This document shows, in pieces, positions 37,470 to 46,090 of a DNA stretch of 64,000 nt. The notes beneath the pieces were generated by a model. It was given only the letters and a program-made list of their open reading frames with translations, was not told the origin of the DNA and did not search any database. The stretch spans positions 7,322 to 71,321 of the forward strand of contig JACRCH010000053.1 of NCBI GenBank assembly GCA_016219115.1, read 5' to 3'. The position numbers were made by a program, and so were the translations under genes. The stretch comes from Deltaproteobacteria bacterium (GTDB lineage: Bacteria; Desulfobacterota; GWC2-55-46). Each line of letters starts with the position of its first letter. Position 1 is the stretch's first letter.

Positions 37470-38540
37470 TCACTTCGACTTCGGAGCGTTTGCGAAGAAG
37501 ACCTTGACCTCTACCGTCATCCTCGGCTTTAAAAAGCCCTCCGGCCTGTTTATTCGAGCCTTGACGCTGAAGGTCCGTATGTCGGATCTTCCCCTTGTGA
37601 CATCCCTCTGAGTGGCGAAACCTCCTGCCTCGCTTATCTCCGTCACCTTGCCATCGAACGCCTTCCCCGGACTTCCTATCGGGTAGACCTCGACCCTGTC
37701 GCCGAGCCTGATCTTTTCTATATCGGTCTCCTCGAGGTCGAACCGCGCCCATAGATTATTCATGTCATCTACCGTATAGACGGCCGCGCCAGGGGTTACG
37801 AACTCCCCGAGCTCAAACGCCTTGTACACGACGACCCCGTCTATGGGCGAAACTATGACGGTGTCTGAAAGCTGAGAGCCGAGGACCTTGAGACGCGCCG
37901 CGGCCTGCTCCTTTTTGGCCGCCGCGAGCGAGATCCGCGCCTTTGCGGCCTTGATGGACAGGAGCGAGTTCTTAAGGTTCGCCTCGCTGCTCTTTTTCCG
38001 GGCAACGGCGGCATCAAGGGCGGCAGCGGCCGCGCCGTAGGATGTCTCGGCGGAGTCCATCTCCTTTTTAGTTATGTAGCTTCCCTTAAAGAGGCCCCTT
38101 GCCCTATCGAGGTTGTCTTTTGTATCCTGAAGGAGCGCGCTGACCCTGCGTACCTCGGCGGCTGCCGCCTCTGTCTCGTACTTCGCGGCCTCGGAGGCGG
38201 CGAAGGAGTTCTCAAGGCTCACCTTCGCCTCGTTTATCGACTCGGAGGCCCCGAGCAGTTCGGCCTTACCCTCCTGCAGCCTTGCCTTTAGCTCGGTCTT
38301 CTCAAGGGCCACCGCCTTTTGGCCGGCCTTGACGATACTGCCTTCGGTACAGCAGAGCCACTCGGTCCTGCCGGCTACCTTGGAGGCGATATTGACCTCG
38401 GTAGCCTCAATAACGCCCGTAGCCCTGATGAAGGAGGCGGTCTCTTTCCTGTTCGAGAGCAAAAGCCTCCAGAAGAGTATTAACGCGATTACGAGCAGGA
38501 TTATGATTACCGGGCGGCGAGCCTTTTCACCCAATGCCAT
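37470..38540 (-). CDS. HlyD-family membrane fusion protein
   Basis: N-terminal TM segment, a long coiled-coil hairpin and a beta-barrel C-terminus (VIVSPIDGVVVYK). Confidence 0.85.
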   Translation of the reverse strand: MALGEKARRPVIIILLVIALILFWRLLLSNRKETASFIRATGVIEATEVNIASKVAGRTEWLCCTEGSIVKAGQKAVALEKTELKARLQEGKAELLGASESINEAKVSLENSFAASEAAKYETEAAAAEVRRVSALLQDTKDNLDRARGLFKGSYITKKEMDSAETSYGAAAAALDAAVARKKSSEANLKNSLLSIKAAKARISLAAAKKEQAAARLKVLGSQLSDTVIVSPIDGVVVYKAFELGEFVTPGAAVYTVDDMNNLWARFDLEETDIEKIRLGDRVEVYPIGSPGKAFDGKVTEISEAGGFATQRDVTRGRSDIRTFSVKARINRPEGFLKPRMTVEVKVFFANAPKSK

Positions 38541-38638
38541 TTTGAGCTACCTCTGCGGGGGAGTTTAGACATGAGCATAGCAAAAGAGCGCGTCTTTTGC
38601 CACGACATTACAGATTATATCTTATAAAAGGATTAATT

Positions 38639-38751
38639 GAAGTACCCCGCCGTGAATGCCGGAGTCCTGCCCGGTAAGGGTCCTGTCATCTTTATTTACA
38701 GGCCGCCTTGACCCGCTTATGGAGCGGTGGTGTCGCGGCGTTCACCCGTTC
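38639..38751 (+). repeat. repeat family 3 copy (diverged)
   Basis: GAAGTACCCCGCCGTGAATGCCGGAG..GTCATCTTTATTTACAGGCCGCCTTGACCCGCTTATGGAGCGGTGG.. aligns with the copies at 45742 and 63135. Confidence 0.7.
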
Positions 38752-38805
38752 ACGGGCGACAGCGTCAAAAAAGCGGGTTCTGGAGCGTGGGTGATGAACC
38801 ACCCC

Positions 38806-38999
38806 GCTAGCCTTGCCAGCGGGGTATCTCCTTAAGCCCAGCCCTCCCTTTATTGCGAGGGCTGGGCTCCCGTTGCGCGAAGCCGATGCAACGGGAAGCG
38901 GGTGGGGGTGAAAACATTTTTTCACCCCTACCCTCCCCCATCGAGGGGGAGGGTTTTTATAAAAAAACCCACTAGCAAGCTACAGGGATTTTAGTGATT
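38806..38999 (+). repeat. repeat family 1 copy (long mosaic hairpin element)
   Basis: GAACCACCCCGCTAGCCTTGCCAGCGGGGTATCTCC, then four internal hairpin modules, then ACTAGCAAGCTACAGGGATTTTAGTGATT. Confidence 0.85.
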
Positions 39000-39077
39000 A
39001 AAGGACTAAAAACCTTGTGTCAACAAGTAATTGAGGGGAACGGCAGACTGCGGGAAAGACCGGCGGTATTTGACGCG

Positions 39078-41414
39078 TCAGAGCCTTGTGCCCTTGAGGT
39101 ATCTCATCAGTTCACTCCAGTGCTCATCGGTTATCATCGAATCAGGCGTGACCCAGATCCTCTTCGCCCCTCCCTTGAGAGTGTACCTTAACGCCATGGA
39201 GAAGTTCAGCGGGTCCATCGGCTTATTTTTACCCCAGAGGCCGATTGAGATATAGAAAGAGTCCGGGGCGAAGTTGTCGCTCATATACTTCGCGAGCTTC
39301 TCGGAGACCGTTACCGGGAGGCTCTCCAGGTAGAAATAGTTCCATACGACAATGTTATCGGCGTGCTTAAGGACCCTTTTGTAGTCGAGCCCGGACTCTC
39401 TGCCGTTCCTCGTGAAATCAGACCAGCTCACCGGGACGTCTACATAGAGCTCCTTGCCGTACTTGTGCGCCACGACGGCGGCCTGAGCGATGTACTTTTC
39501 CATAAGCGTGGACCTCCACTCCCAGATGGAAGGGTCGTCCCTGTCGATATTGCCGTCGGGGGTCCTGGGCCAGTCCGCCCTGTTCGTAAAAGCCTTATAG
39601 GACCTCAAGTCCTTTTTATTGTAAGAGTACGAGTAGTACGGCATCTCGGTGAGGTTCACGATGTCCACCTCGTAGTTCTTGCAAAGGTACTCCATCATCT
39701 CCAGGATCAGCCGCCCGTACTCACCCTCGACCACCTCCATGAAGCCGAGCTGCTCGGTATTTATCTTTCCGTCGAAACCGACAGCTCCGGAGCCCGGATG
39801 CTCCTTTATGTATTTTGGGCCGAATATGTCTATGAACGCGGCCACCCTGAAGCCGGATTTGTGGAAGGCGGCGGTGGCCCTCTGGACAAGGTCCTCCCTG
39901 GCGCCCTTCTGGTGGTTCGACCAGTTATCCTCCCTCCCCTTCCACTTGAAATACGCCCACTCGGGCCTTCCGGCGCTCAGGCCGACGACCTTCGCCAGAT
40001 TCACATCCGGCCTCTGCTGGACGTTGGAGATCGTCTTTCTCCAGTCGCCCCATGCGTCGAAATGCGTGGAGAGCCCGAGGTCAAACCGGGAAGCGTACCT
40101 GGGGAGAGAGCTCCTTACGGCGGTCATGTAGTAATATGTCCCGGCGGATGACGCGACCAGTATAAGAAGGCCTATGGCGGCGTACTCCCACCTGGTCCTG
40201 CCGATGACGAAGACCCTTCTCCTTTCTACCTTGTCCCACCTCTCCTCGGCTCCCCTCAACTCCTTGTACCACGAGTAGGCGGCCACGAAATTGTAAAAAT
40301 ACGACAGCGGCAGTATCAGGAGGCCGTAAGGCAGATAGACGAGATCGTAGTAGTCCCCGTCCATGATGATGGACCAGACGGCGATGGTAAAGAAGAAGAA
40401 TACCCCGAGGTATGTCAACAGCTCGACGGTGTCGGTGAAGTAAAGGTGCCCGGTGTAGTAGGCCCACGGTATTATGAACAGGAGCGCTATCTGCAGGAGC
40501 GGAACCACGGCCATGTTTAAAAAATTTATCGGCAGATATATGGAGAACGGCAGGTACCTCGGATTGAAGAAGATGTCCTTATGGAGGAACGCTATCTTTA
40601 TGTAGCTCCTGATCCACCTTATCCTCTGCTTCCATAGCCCCCTGACGGTCCCCGGGCACTCGGCCACCACCTTCGGGTCAGGGTCGAAGATTATCCTTTT
40701 ACCGTGCTTGTAGAGCCTGAAGGTTATCTCTAGGTCCTCGCCCCATATCTCCTTGAAGCCGCCGACCTCCCTTAAGACCCCGGTGCGAACGGCGCCGAGG
40801 TTGCCGGTTATGATCGGCAGACACCTCATAAGAGACAACGCCCTTCTCACGAAACCGGTGCCTATGTGCGTGGTGACGGCGAGGAACTTCTGCACGGCAG
40901 TAGCCGGATGCAGGGGCGAGTCGTTGCCGCAGACGGCGTCCACCGAGCGGTCGCCGAACCACCTGACCATCTTTCTGACGGTATCCGGCAGGAATATGGA
41001 GTCCGCGTCGGTGAAGACGACGACTTCGCCCGTCGCGGCCCCAATGCCTGCGTTCAGGGCGCTGGCCTTGCCGCCGTTGGGTTTGCTGATGTACCTTACG
41101 ACGCCGTCCCTTATAAAGTCCGAGACGGCGGCTTCGGTAGAGTCGGTCGAGCCGTCGTTTATGACTATGACCTCAAGTGACGGGTAATCGGAAGCAAGGA
41201 CGGAAGTGACGGTGCCCCTTATGGTCTTCTCCTCGTTGTAGGCGGGGACCAAAACGGTGACCTTCCCGCTGAAAGGGGCCGTATTTTTGAGGAACCTCCT
41301 CTTCCATACCTCGTAGACGACCGTCAGGGGCAGAAATACCATGCCCTGCATGCCCAGGATGAATATGACGAGTCCGAAGGCGTTGAATACGCTTAGAAGA
41401 GCGAAAATTATCAT
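39078..41414 (-). CDS. processive family-2 glycosyltransferase (PgaC/BcsA-like synthase) fused to a C-terminal glycoside-hydrolase-like (TIM-barrel-like) domain
   Basis: 2 TM segments; VLVPAYNEE, INDGSTDST, FTDADS, GEDLEITFR and QRIRW (QxxRW) motifs; about 5 further TM segments; then a roughly 330-aa soluble domain (..VDIVNLTEMPYYSYSY.., ..ADNIVVWNYFY..). The identity of the C-terminal domain is an inference. Confidence 0.8.
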   Translation of the reverse strand: MIIFALLSVFNAFGLVIFILGMQGMVFLPLTVVYEVWKRRFLKNTAPFSGKVTVLVPAYNEEKTIRGTVTSVLASDYPSLEVIVINDGSTDSTEAAVSDFIRDGVVRYISKPNGGKASALNAGIGAATGEVVVFTDADSIFLPDTVRKMVRWFGDRSVDAVCGNDSPLHPATAVQKFLAVTTHIGTGFVRRALSLMRCLPIITGNLGAVRTGVLREVGGFKEIWGEDLEITFRLYKHGKRIIFDPDPKVVAECPGTVRGLWKQRIRWIRSYIKIAFLHKDIFFNPRYLPFSIYLPINFLNMAVVPLLQIALLFIIPWAYYTGHLYFTDTVELLTYLGVFFFFTIAVWSIIMDGDYYDLVYLPYGLLILPLSYFYNFVAAYSWYKELRGAEERWDKVERRRVFVIGRTRWEYAAIGLLILVASSAGTYYYMTAVRSSLPRYASRFDLGLSTHFDAWGDWRKTISNVQQRPDVNLAKVVGLSAGRPEWAYFKWKGREDNWSNHQKGAREDLVQRATAAFHKSGFRVAAFIDIFGPKYIKEHPGSGAVGFDGKINTEQLGFMEVVEGEYGRLILEMMEYLCKNYEVDIVNLTEMPYYSYSYNKKDLRSYKAFTNRADWPRTPDGNIDRDDPSIWEWRSTLMEKYIAQAAVVAHKYGKELYVDVPVSWSDFTRNGRESGLDYKRVLKHADNIVVWNYFYLESLPVTVSEKLAKYMSDNFAPDSFYISIGLWGKNKPMDPLNFSMALRYTLKGGAKRIWVTPDSMITDEHWSELMRYLKGTRL

Positions 41415-43246
41415 CTGAGGAGTTTGTATATCCTGAAGGCCTCCGCGTACTGGACCCCGGCCTGGATCCCCCGGTGGGCGGCTCTGCCTTTTATGACCTC
41501 GGGGTTCATGTAGTTCTTATCCTCCTGGGTCCTGTGGAAGGTGATGGTCTTCATCTTGTCGCCTATGTACCCTGAGATATCTATGAAGAAATTCGGGACG
41601 AACTCCCTCGGGGTGCTCACGTCCTCGTAGCACAATACCGAGATGTTCCTGGCCGCGACCTTCGTGGCGTCGAATACCGCCCTGTGGTCCGAGTGTATGT
41701 CTATCGCCGTATGCGTCAGGACGATGGTGGCACCGGTCTGCTTTATCTTCTCCTCGACGGCGTCTTTCATCTGCGTCACGCAGTCCTTGAGGCCGGTGTC
41801 CGGGAAGTCGAGGACCCAGAAACCGTTGAGTTCCATGAACTCCGCCGCCTTCCTGAGTTCGTCTTCCCTCTTGCCGTTCGTGTCAGCGCCTTTCTCGCCC
41901 CTGGACATCGTAAGGCCGTAGACGGTGGCGCCGCTGTCCTTGGCCTTCATTATGTAGCCGCCGCACCCGAGCTCGATGTCGTCCGGGTGGGCCCCGACGG
42001 CGAGTATCACGGTCCTGGAGAACTCCTTGGACTGTCTCTCGCCCCACAGGAGCGTCAGGAACGACACCCCGAAGGTAAGGAAAAGCGCGGCCTCGGAGAG
42101 GTCTTCCAGAAAACCGATGTTCAACAGCTCGCCGAAGTAGCTCTCCCCTATGTACGACGCCAGCGTCAGGAGCACTATGGCCGGGAGCACATAGCTTACC
42201 AGGTAGAGGTACGCCCTGTGCTTTCGCTTCAAAATCTTTCTCTTGGTCCTGCTTACGGTCAGGACTATTATAAAGACGATGGCGTAGGCGGTTATCTCGA
42301 AGGCCTCGCTCAGCAGTTTTATTACGGAGTACTTCCCCTCGTTCCTTATGTCCCTGAAGAGCTCAAGCGCCCCGGTGTCAGTGGGGTCTATCCTCATGGC
42401 GGCCTTTACCTCGTCCTCGGCAAGCTTCCTGCTGTCGGTCTTGCGGTAGAGTTTGGCGAGCAGCATGTGGTTTTCAACGCTGTTAGGCTCTATTTCTATG
42501 GCCTTCCTGTATGACTCGGCGGCCTGCTGATAAGCCCTCATCCAGGAATAGACGTCACCCATCGTCCTGTACGCCTCGGCGTAGTTGGGGTGCAGCTCCA
42601 CGGCCTTGTTCAGCGACGCTATCGCCTTCTTGAAGTTCTTCTGCCAGGCCAGGACCGTCCCCATGTCCTTGTGTAGCTCGGAGTCGTCCGGATAGTGGAC
42701 TATCGCTCTGTCCAGGACCTCTACGGCCTTTGAGAGGTCCCCGGTCATCGAGTAGGTCTTTCCGAGCCCCTTGAGGGCCTCGTGGTTCTCCGGGTCGGCC
42801 CGAAGGACCTCCTTGTAGAGCCTCTCTGCCTCGTCGTACCTGTGCGACCACCTCAGGACGACGGCAAGGCCGTTTAAGAGGCTTCCGTTCTTCGGGTCAA
42901 GCTCAAGGGCGTCCCTGTAGGTGACGACAGCCCTGTCGTAGTTTCCGGTCCACGAGTAAAGCTCGGCGAGATGGCCCCTGGCGTTTATGTCCCTGGGGTC
43001 AAGCTCCACCACTTTCTTGTATCGGTCTATCGCTTCGGTGAAGTTCTTGAGTTTTACGTAGGACTCGGCGAGGTCTTTAAGGGCCGGGGTGTAGCTCGGG
43101 TTTAAAGAAGCGGAGTCGTGCAGCAGCACCTCCGCCTCTTTCGCCCTGCCCTGGTCTAAAAGCGCGTGACCTTCCTTGTAAAGGTCTATGTAGGTGGCCT
43201 GCAGCAGATAGGCCCCGACCAGTATCGAAAACAATGAAACCTCCAC
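41411..43246 (-). CDS. TPR-repeat / 3-TM / PIG-L (LmbE) family deacetylase fusion protein
   Basis: N-terminal hydrophobic segment, about 8 TPRs, a TM block with the basic loop SRTKRKILKRKHR, and a C-terminal PIG-L domain (AVGAHPDDIELGCGG, IHSDH). The tracked start is GTG inside a repeat remnant, so the start is uncertain. The stop overlaps the GT2 start by 4 nt. Confidence 0.8.
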   Translation of the reverse strand: MEVSLFSILVGAYLLQATYIDLYKEGHALLDQGRAKEAEVLLHDSASLNPSYTPALKDLAESYVKLKNFTEAIDRYKKVVELDPRDINARGHLAELYSWTGNYDRAVVTYRDALELDPKNGSLLNGLAVVLRWSHRYDEAERLYKEVLRADPENHEALKGLGKTYSMTGDLSKAVEVLDRAIVHYPDDSELHKDMGTVLAWQKNFKKAIASLNKAVELHPNYAEAYRTMGDVYSWMRAYQQAAESYRKAIEIEPNSVENHMLLAKLYRKTDSRKLAEDEVKAAMRIDPTDTGALELFRDIRNEGKYSVIKLLSEAFEITAYAIVFIIVLTVSRTKRKILKRKHRAYLYLVSYVLPAIVLLTLASYIGESYFGELLNIGFLEDLSEAALFLTFGVSFLTLLWGERQSKEFSRTVILAVGAHPDDIELGCGGYIMKAKDSGATVYGLTMSRGEKGADTNGKREDELRKAAEFMELNGFWVLDFPDTGLKDCVTQMKDAVEEKIKQTGATIVLTHTAIDIHSDHRAVFDATKVAARNISVLCYEDVSTPREFVPNFFIDISGYIGDKMKTITFHRTQEDKNYMNPEVIKGRAAHRGIQAGVQYAEAFRIYKLLR

Positions 43247-43334
43247 CGCAAGCCCATTGGCCAGCGGGGTATCCGTAGGCTAATTCCCCAAAACTCCACG
43301 AAAAGCCCCGGCGGTTTAAACGCTTGAGAAAAAT

Positions 43335-43424
43335 GAACCACCCCGCAAGCCTTGCTAGCGGGGTATCTCCTACCCTCCCCCTCGATGGGGGAGGGTTTTA
43401 CAAGGGCAAGCTACAGGGAATTCC
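43335..43424 (+). repeat. repeat family 1, short variant
   Basis: GAACCACCCCGCAAGCCTTGCTAGCGGGGTATCTCC + CCCTCCCCCTCGATGGGGGAGGG + CAAGCTACAGGGAATT. It lacks three internal modules and ends 4 nt from the stop of the beta-barrel gene. A further partial 5' module lies at about 43248-43280. Confidence 0.8.
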
Positions 43425-43427
43425 AAG

Positions 43428-44741
43428 TTAAAACCCCAAGCCCGTCTTGTATGCGACCGTTAAGAAGACCGTGTCGTCGTTGGCAGTCGGCAGGTCTATG
43501 TGTTTTAAGCCGAAGCCGAGGTCGGTCTTGTTGTCGAGCTTGTAGAATACGGAGCCGAGATAGACATTGGCGGTCTTGCCGGCCTGCGAGCTCTTCGATG
43601 AGTACTTGTCATGGACATAGTCGAGCCTTCCCGTGACCCTGTCCGTAAAGTCGTATCCGAAGCCCGCCAGGACCGACCAGCTGTAGCTCCTGTCAAGGTC
43701 CCTGTTCGGCAGGTATTTAAGCTCGGCGCTGTACTTGCCCCTGACCACCTCAGCGCCTCCGCCAAGAAGCGACTGGGTCTTGTACTTGACGCTGGTGGCG
43801 GCGGCCGTGGTGCCGACAGGCATGTTCAGGCCCCTGCCCTTTATCGTGGTCTTGTTCGGGTCCGGGTCCCTCAATACGGCGTAGAGCACCTTGAGTCTCA
43901 GGCCGTCTATCGGGGTTACGTAGTAAGCTTCAGCCGATACCTTGTGGTTGTTGGCCTTTGAGGCAGTGTCAAAGAGAAACGACGGCCTGAAGAACTCGTA
44001 TGCGAGAGTGCCCCTGAATACCGGGGTGAACCAGTGAGCCACCTCGACCTCGAAAGACGGGACCTTGTCGTAGGCGCTGGAGTCCGGCTGCACGGTCGGT
44101 CCAGTAGGGTAGTTGTAGTCCTTGTACGCCACGCCGAGCTTGGCGTAAGAGTTGTTGCTGTAGAAGTAGTAGCCGTTGGCGTATGCCTTGTGCCTTGAGT
44201 AGTAGGCGTTCTTGGAGTAGCTGTAGCCGCCGTTTAGCAGCGTCCTGTCGAAGCCGCCGTACTCGAGCATGCCCTCGTACTTCTCTTTCGTATTGTCGGC
44301 TTCCCATCCGCCGGCCATGAGGTTCAGCGTCAGGCCCCGTTTAAGGCTCAGGCTCTCAAGGTCGTCTTTGGCCTCCTGGTCCTTCGGGTTTAGCTTGAGG
44401 GCCTTATTGTAGGCCTCGGCCGCGTCCCTGTCCCTCTTCATCCATTTGTACGTGGTGCCCATGCTTTTAAGAAGCTCGGGGTTCTCTCCGCCGAGACTCT
44501 TCGCTATCTCGTACTCGGTAAGGGCGTCGTTGAGTTTCCCCTCCCTCCTGTAGGCGTCGCCGAGGAGCTGATGGTTCCTTGCGTTTTTGGGTTCCGCCGT
44601 GATGAGCTTCCTCAATATCTCCTCGGCCTTCGAGTACTGGCCGGAGTCGAGGAGCTTTTCGGCTTCACCGGCGGAGCTCTGTGCGTTTGCCGCCCCGGTG
44701 AACAGGAACAGAACAAGAATCAGAACGTTAAAAAGATACAT
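43428..44741 (-). CDS. outer-membrane TPR + beta-barrel protein (PgaA/BcsC/PelB-like export porin candidate)
   Basis: Signal peptide (..FTGAANAQ), about 3 TPRs, then alternating beta-strand sequence ending in the aromatic terminus ..TVAYKTGLGF. Confidence 0.7.
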   Translation of the reverse strand: MYLFNVLILVLFLFTGAANAQSSAGEAEKLLDSGQYSKAEEILRKLITAEPKNARNHQLLGDAYRREGKLNDALTEYEIAKSLGGENPELLKSMGTTYKWMKRDRDAAEAYNKALKLNPKDQEAKDDLESLSLKRGLTLNLMAGGWEADNTKEKYEGMLEYGGFDRTLLNGGYSYSKNAYYSRHKAYANGYYFYSNNSYAKLGVAYKDYNYPTGPTVQPDSSAYDKVPSFEVEVAHWFTPVFRGTLAYEFFRPSFLFDTASKANNHKVSAEAYYVTPIDGLRLKVLYAVLRDPDPNKTTIKGRGLNMPVGTTAAATSVKYKTQSLLGGGAEVVRGKYSAELKYLPNRDLDRSYSWSVLAGFGYDFTDRVTGRLDYVHDKYSSKSSQAGKTANVYLGSVFYKLDNKTDLGFGLKHIDLPTANDDTVFLTVAYKTGLGF

Positions 44742-45611
44742 TTACGCAATCCTCCTTTTCCATGAGTTCATTAGACCGTCGAGCACTTCCTCTGCGAAGA
44801 GCGAATTGCCGCCGAGCCTCGCGTTGATCTCAAGGAGCGCCGGCTCTCCGTTATTTCTCAGCCTTATATCGAAATCAAGCGGTCCTTCGAGGCCCAAAAG
44901 CCTCGAAGCCCTTTTGCAAATCTCTATTATATCGTCTTTTTTTACCCTTTCAACCCCGAGGGCGTTGCCGACGATGCCTTCCTTGAGAATGGTCTTTTTC
45001 AAGGCGACGGCAGCTTTCGGTTCACCACCTTTGTCTATGAAAAGGTTCACGTCAAACTCGTCCCCTGGCACGAACTCCTGGAAGATGAGCCCCTCTCTCT
45101 TCTCCGAATAGACCTCTTCGGCGCTCCTGTAGACTACCACCCCGCGCCCGCCCCTGCCGAAGTTAGGCTTTGCCAGCAGCGGGAGGCCCAGTTCCTTTAT
45201 CACAAGCTCACGGGGGCTCTTCCCGTTGAATGTGACCGGCACGGATATGCCGTTTTTCTTCATGAACTCGGCCGTCCTGAACTTGTCGTTGGCTATATCC
45301 ACGGCCTCCGGCGGAGAAATATAGACCAGGCAGCCGAGCCCTTCGATCTCACCTTTAAGCCTGGCAACGGCAGAAAGCTCTTCAGTGACAGTCGGAATGA
45401 AGAGTGAAGGGCGTTCTTTTTTTATAATATCGAGCAGGGCCGGCTGATAAGCCGGACCCGTTGCCATAGGCACGATATGGAAAGTATCGGCCTTGAGGTC
45501 TACCTCCCTCACATCGGTGCCTGTGATGGTGGCTCCCTTGCCCTTGAAATAGGTCAATGCGCTCTTTCCGGCAGGCCCGCCTATGCCGGTTATAAGGATC
45601 TGATTTCCCAT
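44742..45611 (-). CDS. ATP-grasp domain ligase
   Basis: Rossmann-like N-terminus (ILITGIGGPAG), an ATP-grasp core (PLLAKPNFGRGGRGV, IFQEFVPGDEF, LLEINARLGG). The stop abuts the start of the beta-barrel gene. The ATG at 45611 is preferred over the tracked TTG at 45665. Confidence 0.8.
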   Translation of the reverse strand: MGNQILITGIGGPAGKSALTYFKGKGATITGTDVREVDLKADTFHIVPMATGPAYQPALLDIIKKERPSLFIPTVTEELSAVARLKGEIEGLGCLVYISPPEAVDIANDKFRTAEFMKKNGISVPVTFNGKSPRELVIKELGLPLLAKPNFGRGGRGVVVYRSAEEVYSEKREGLIFQEFVPGDEFDVNLFIDKGGEPKAAVALKKTILKEGIVGNALGVERVKKDDIIEICKRASRLLGLEGPLDFDIRLRNNGEPALLEINARLGGNSLFAEEVLDGLMNSWKRRIA

Positions 45612-45741
45612 TTTAGTTTTTATCGTGTCCCGCTGACTTAACCCATTAGAAAAACAATAAAACAACCCACATTAAAATATGATTAGAAAGACCGCTTCGC
45701 ACGCATCTTTTCTATCGTAAGACCCCGAAAAGGCTTAAATT

Positions 45742-45845
45742 AAGAACCCCGACATAAATGATGGGGATTCTTCACGGCCAGGTGATCGTCATCTTTATAG
45801 CTCGTCTGAACCCGTTTATAGAGCGGCGGGGTTGCGGCCGGCACT
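45742..45845 (+). repeat. repeat family 3 copy
   Basis: AAGAACCCCGACATAAATGATGGGGATTCTTCACGGCCAGGTGATCGTCATCTTTATAGCTCGTCTGAACCCGTTTATAGAGCGGCGGGG.. Confidence 0.75.
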
Positions 45846-45980
45846 TCTTCAACTCATACAATAATGAAGGGATCTCTTTCATGGCTGAAAAGCAGAGTTG
45901 AAAGATACTGAAGAATATATCACTTGAATTTGATATTTTTCTGTGATTATTGCTACAAATGGAACCACCGGGGTATTAAT

Positions 45981-46080
45981 GAACCACCCCACAAGCCAGG
46001 CTCCGGGGTTTCCGTTGGGGAATCTGTTTTTATATACGCGGCAAGCCGCGCTTAATTAAACCCGAAGGAAATATTAAAAA
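45981..46080 (+). repeat. repeat family 2 copy
   Basis: GAACCACCCCACAAGCCAGGCTCCGGGGTTTCCGTTGGGGAATCTGTTTTTATATACGCGGCAAGCCGCGCTTAATTAAACCCGAAGGAAATATTAAAAA. It is preceded by a collapsed 5' module at 45962-45976. Confidence 0.85.
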
Positions 46081-46090
46081 ACCTTAACCG

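Noticed and set aside
38588-38602. A candidate sigma-54 promoter upstream of the HlyD/ABC operon (reverse strand TGGCAAAAGACGCGCT).
   Set aside because: The GG/GC spacing fits, but the -12 region lacks the TTGC context. The sequence is also part of a near-palindrome (GCAAAAGAGCGCGTCTTTTGC), which explains it equally well.
38692-38925. Small ORFs inside the repeats (38692-38925, 51809-52021, 61517-61825, 51886-52138, 61427-61861) with recurring peptides such as GVKTGFHPHRFPLHRKSATGAQPS.
   Set aside because: The similarity follows the nucleotide repeats, and copies differ by frameshifts and by module presence or absence. Conservation is therefore at the DNA/structure level, not the protein level.
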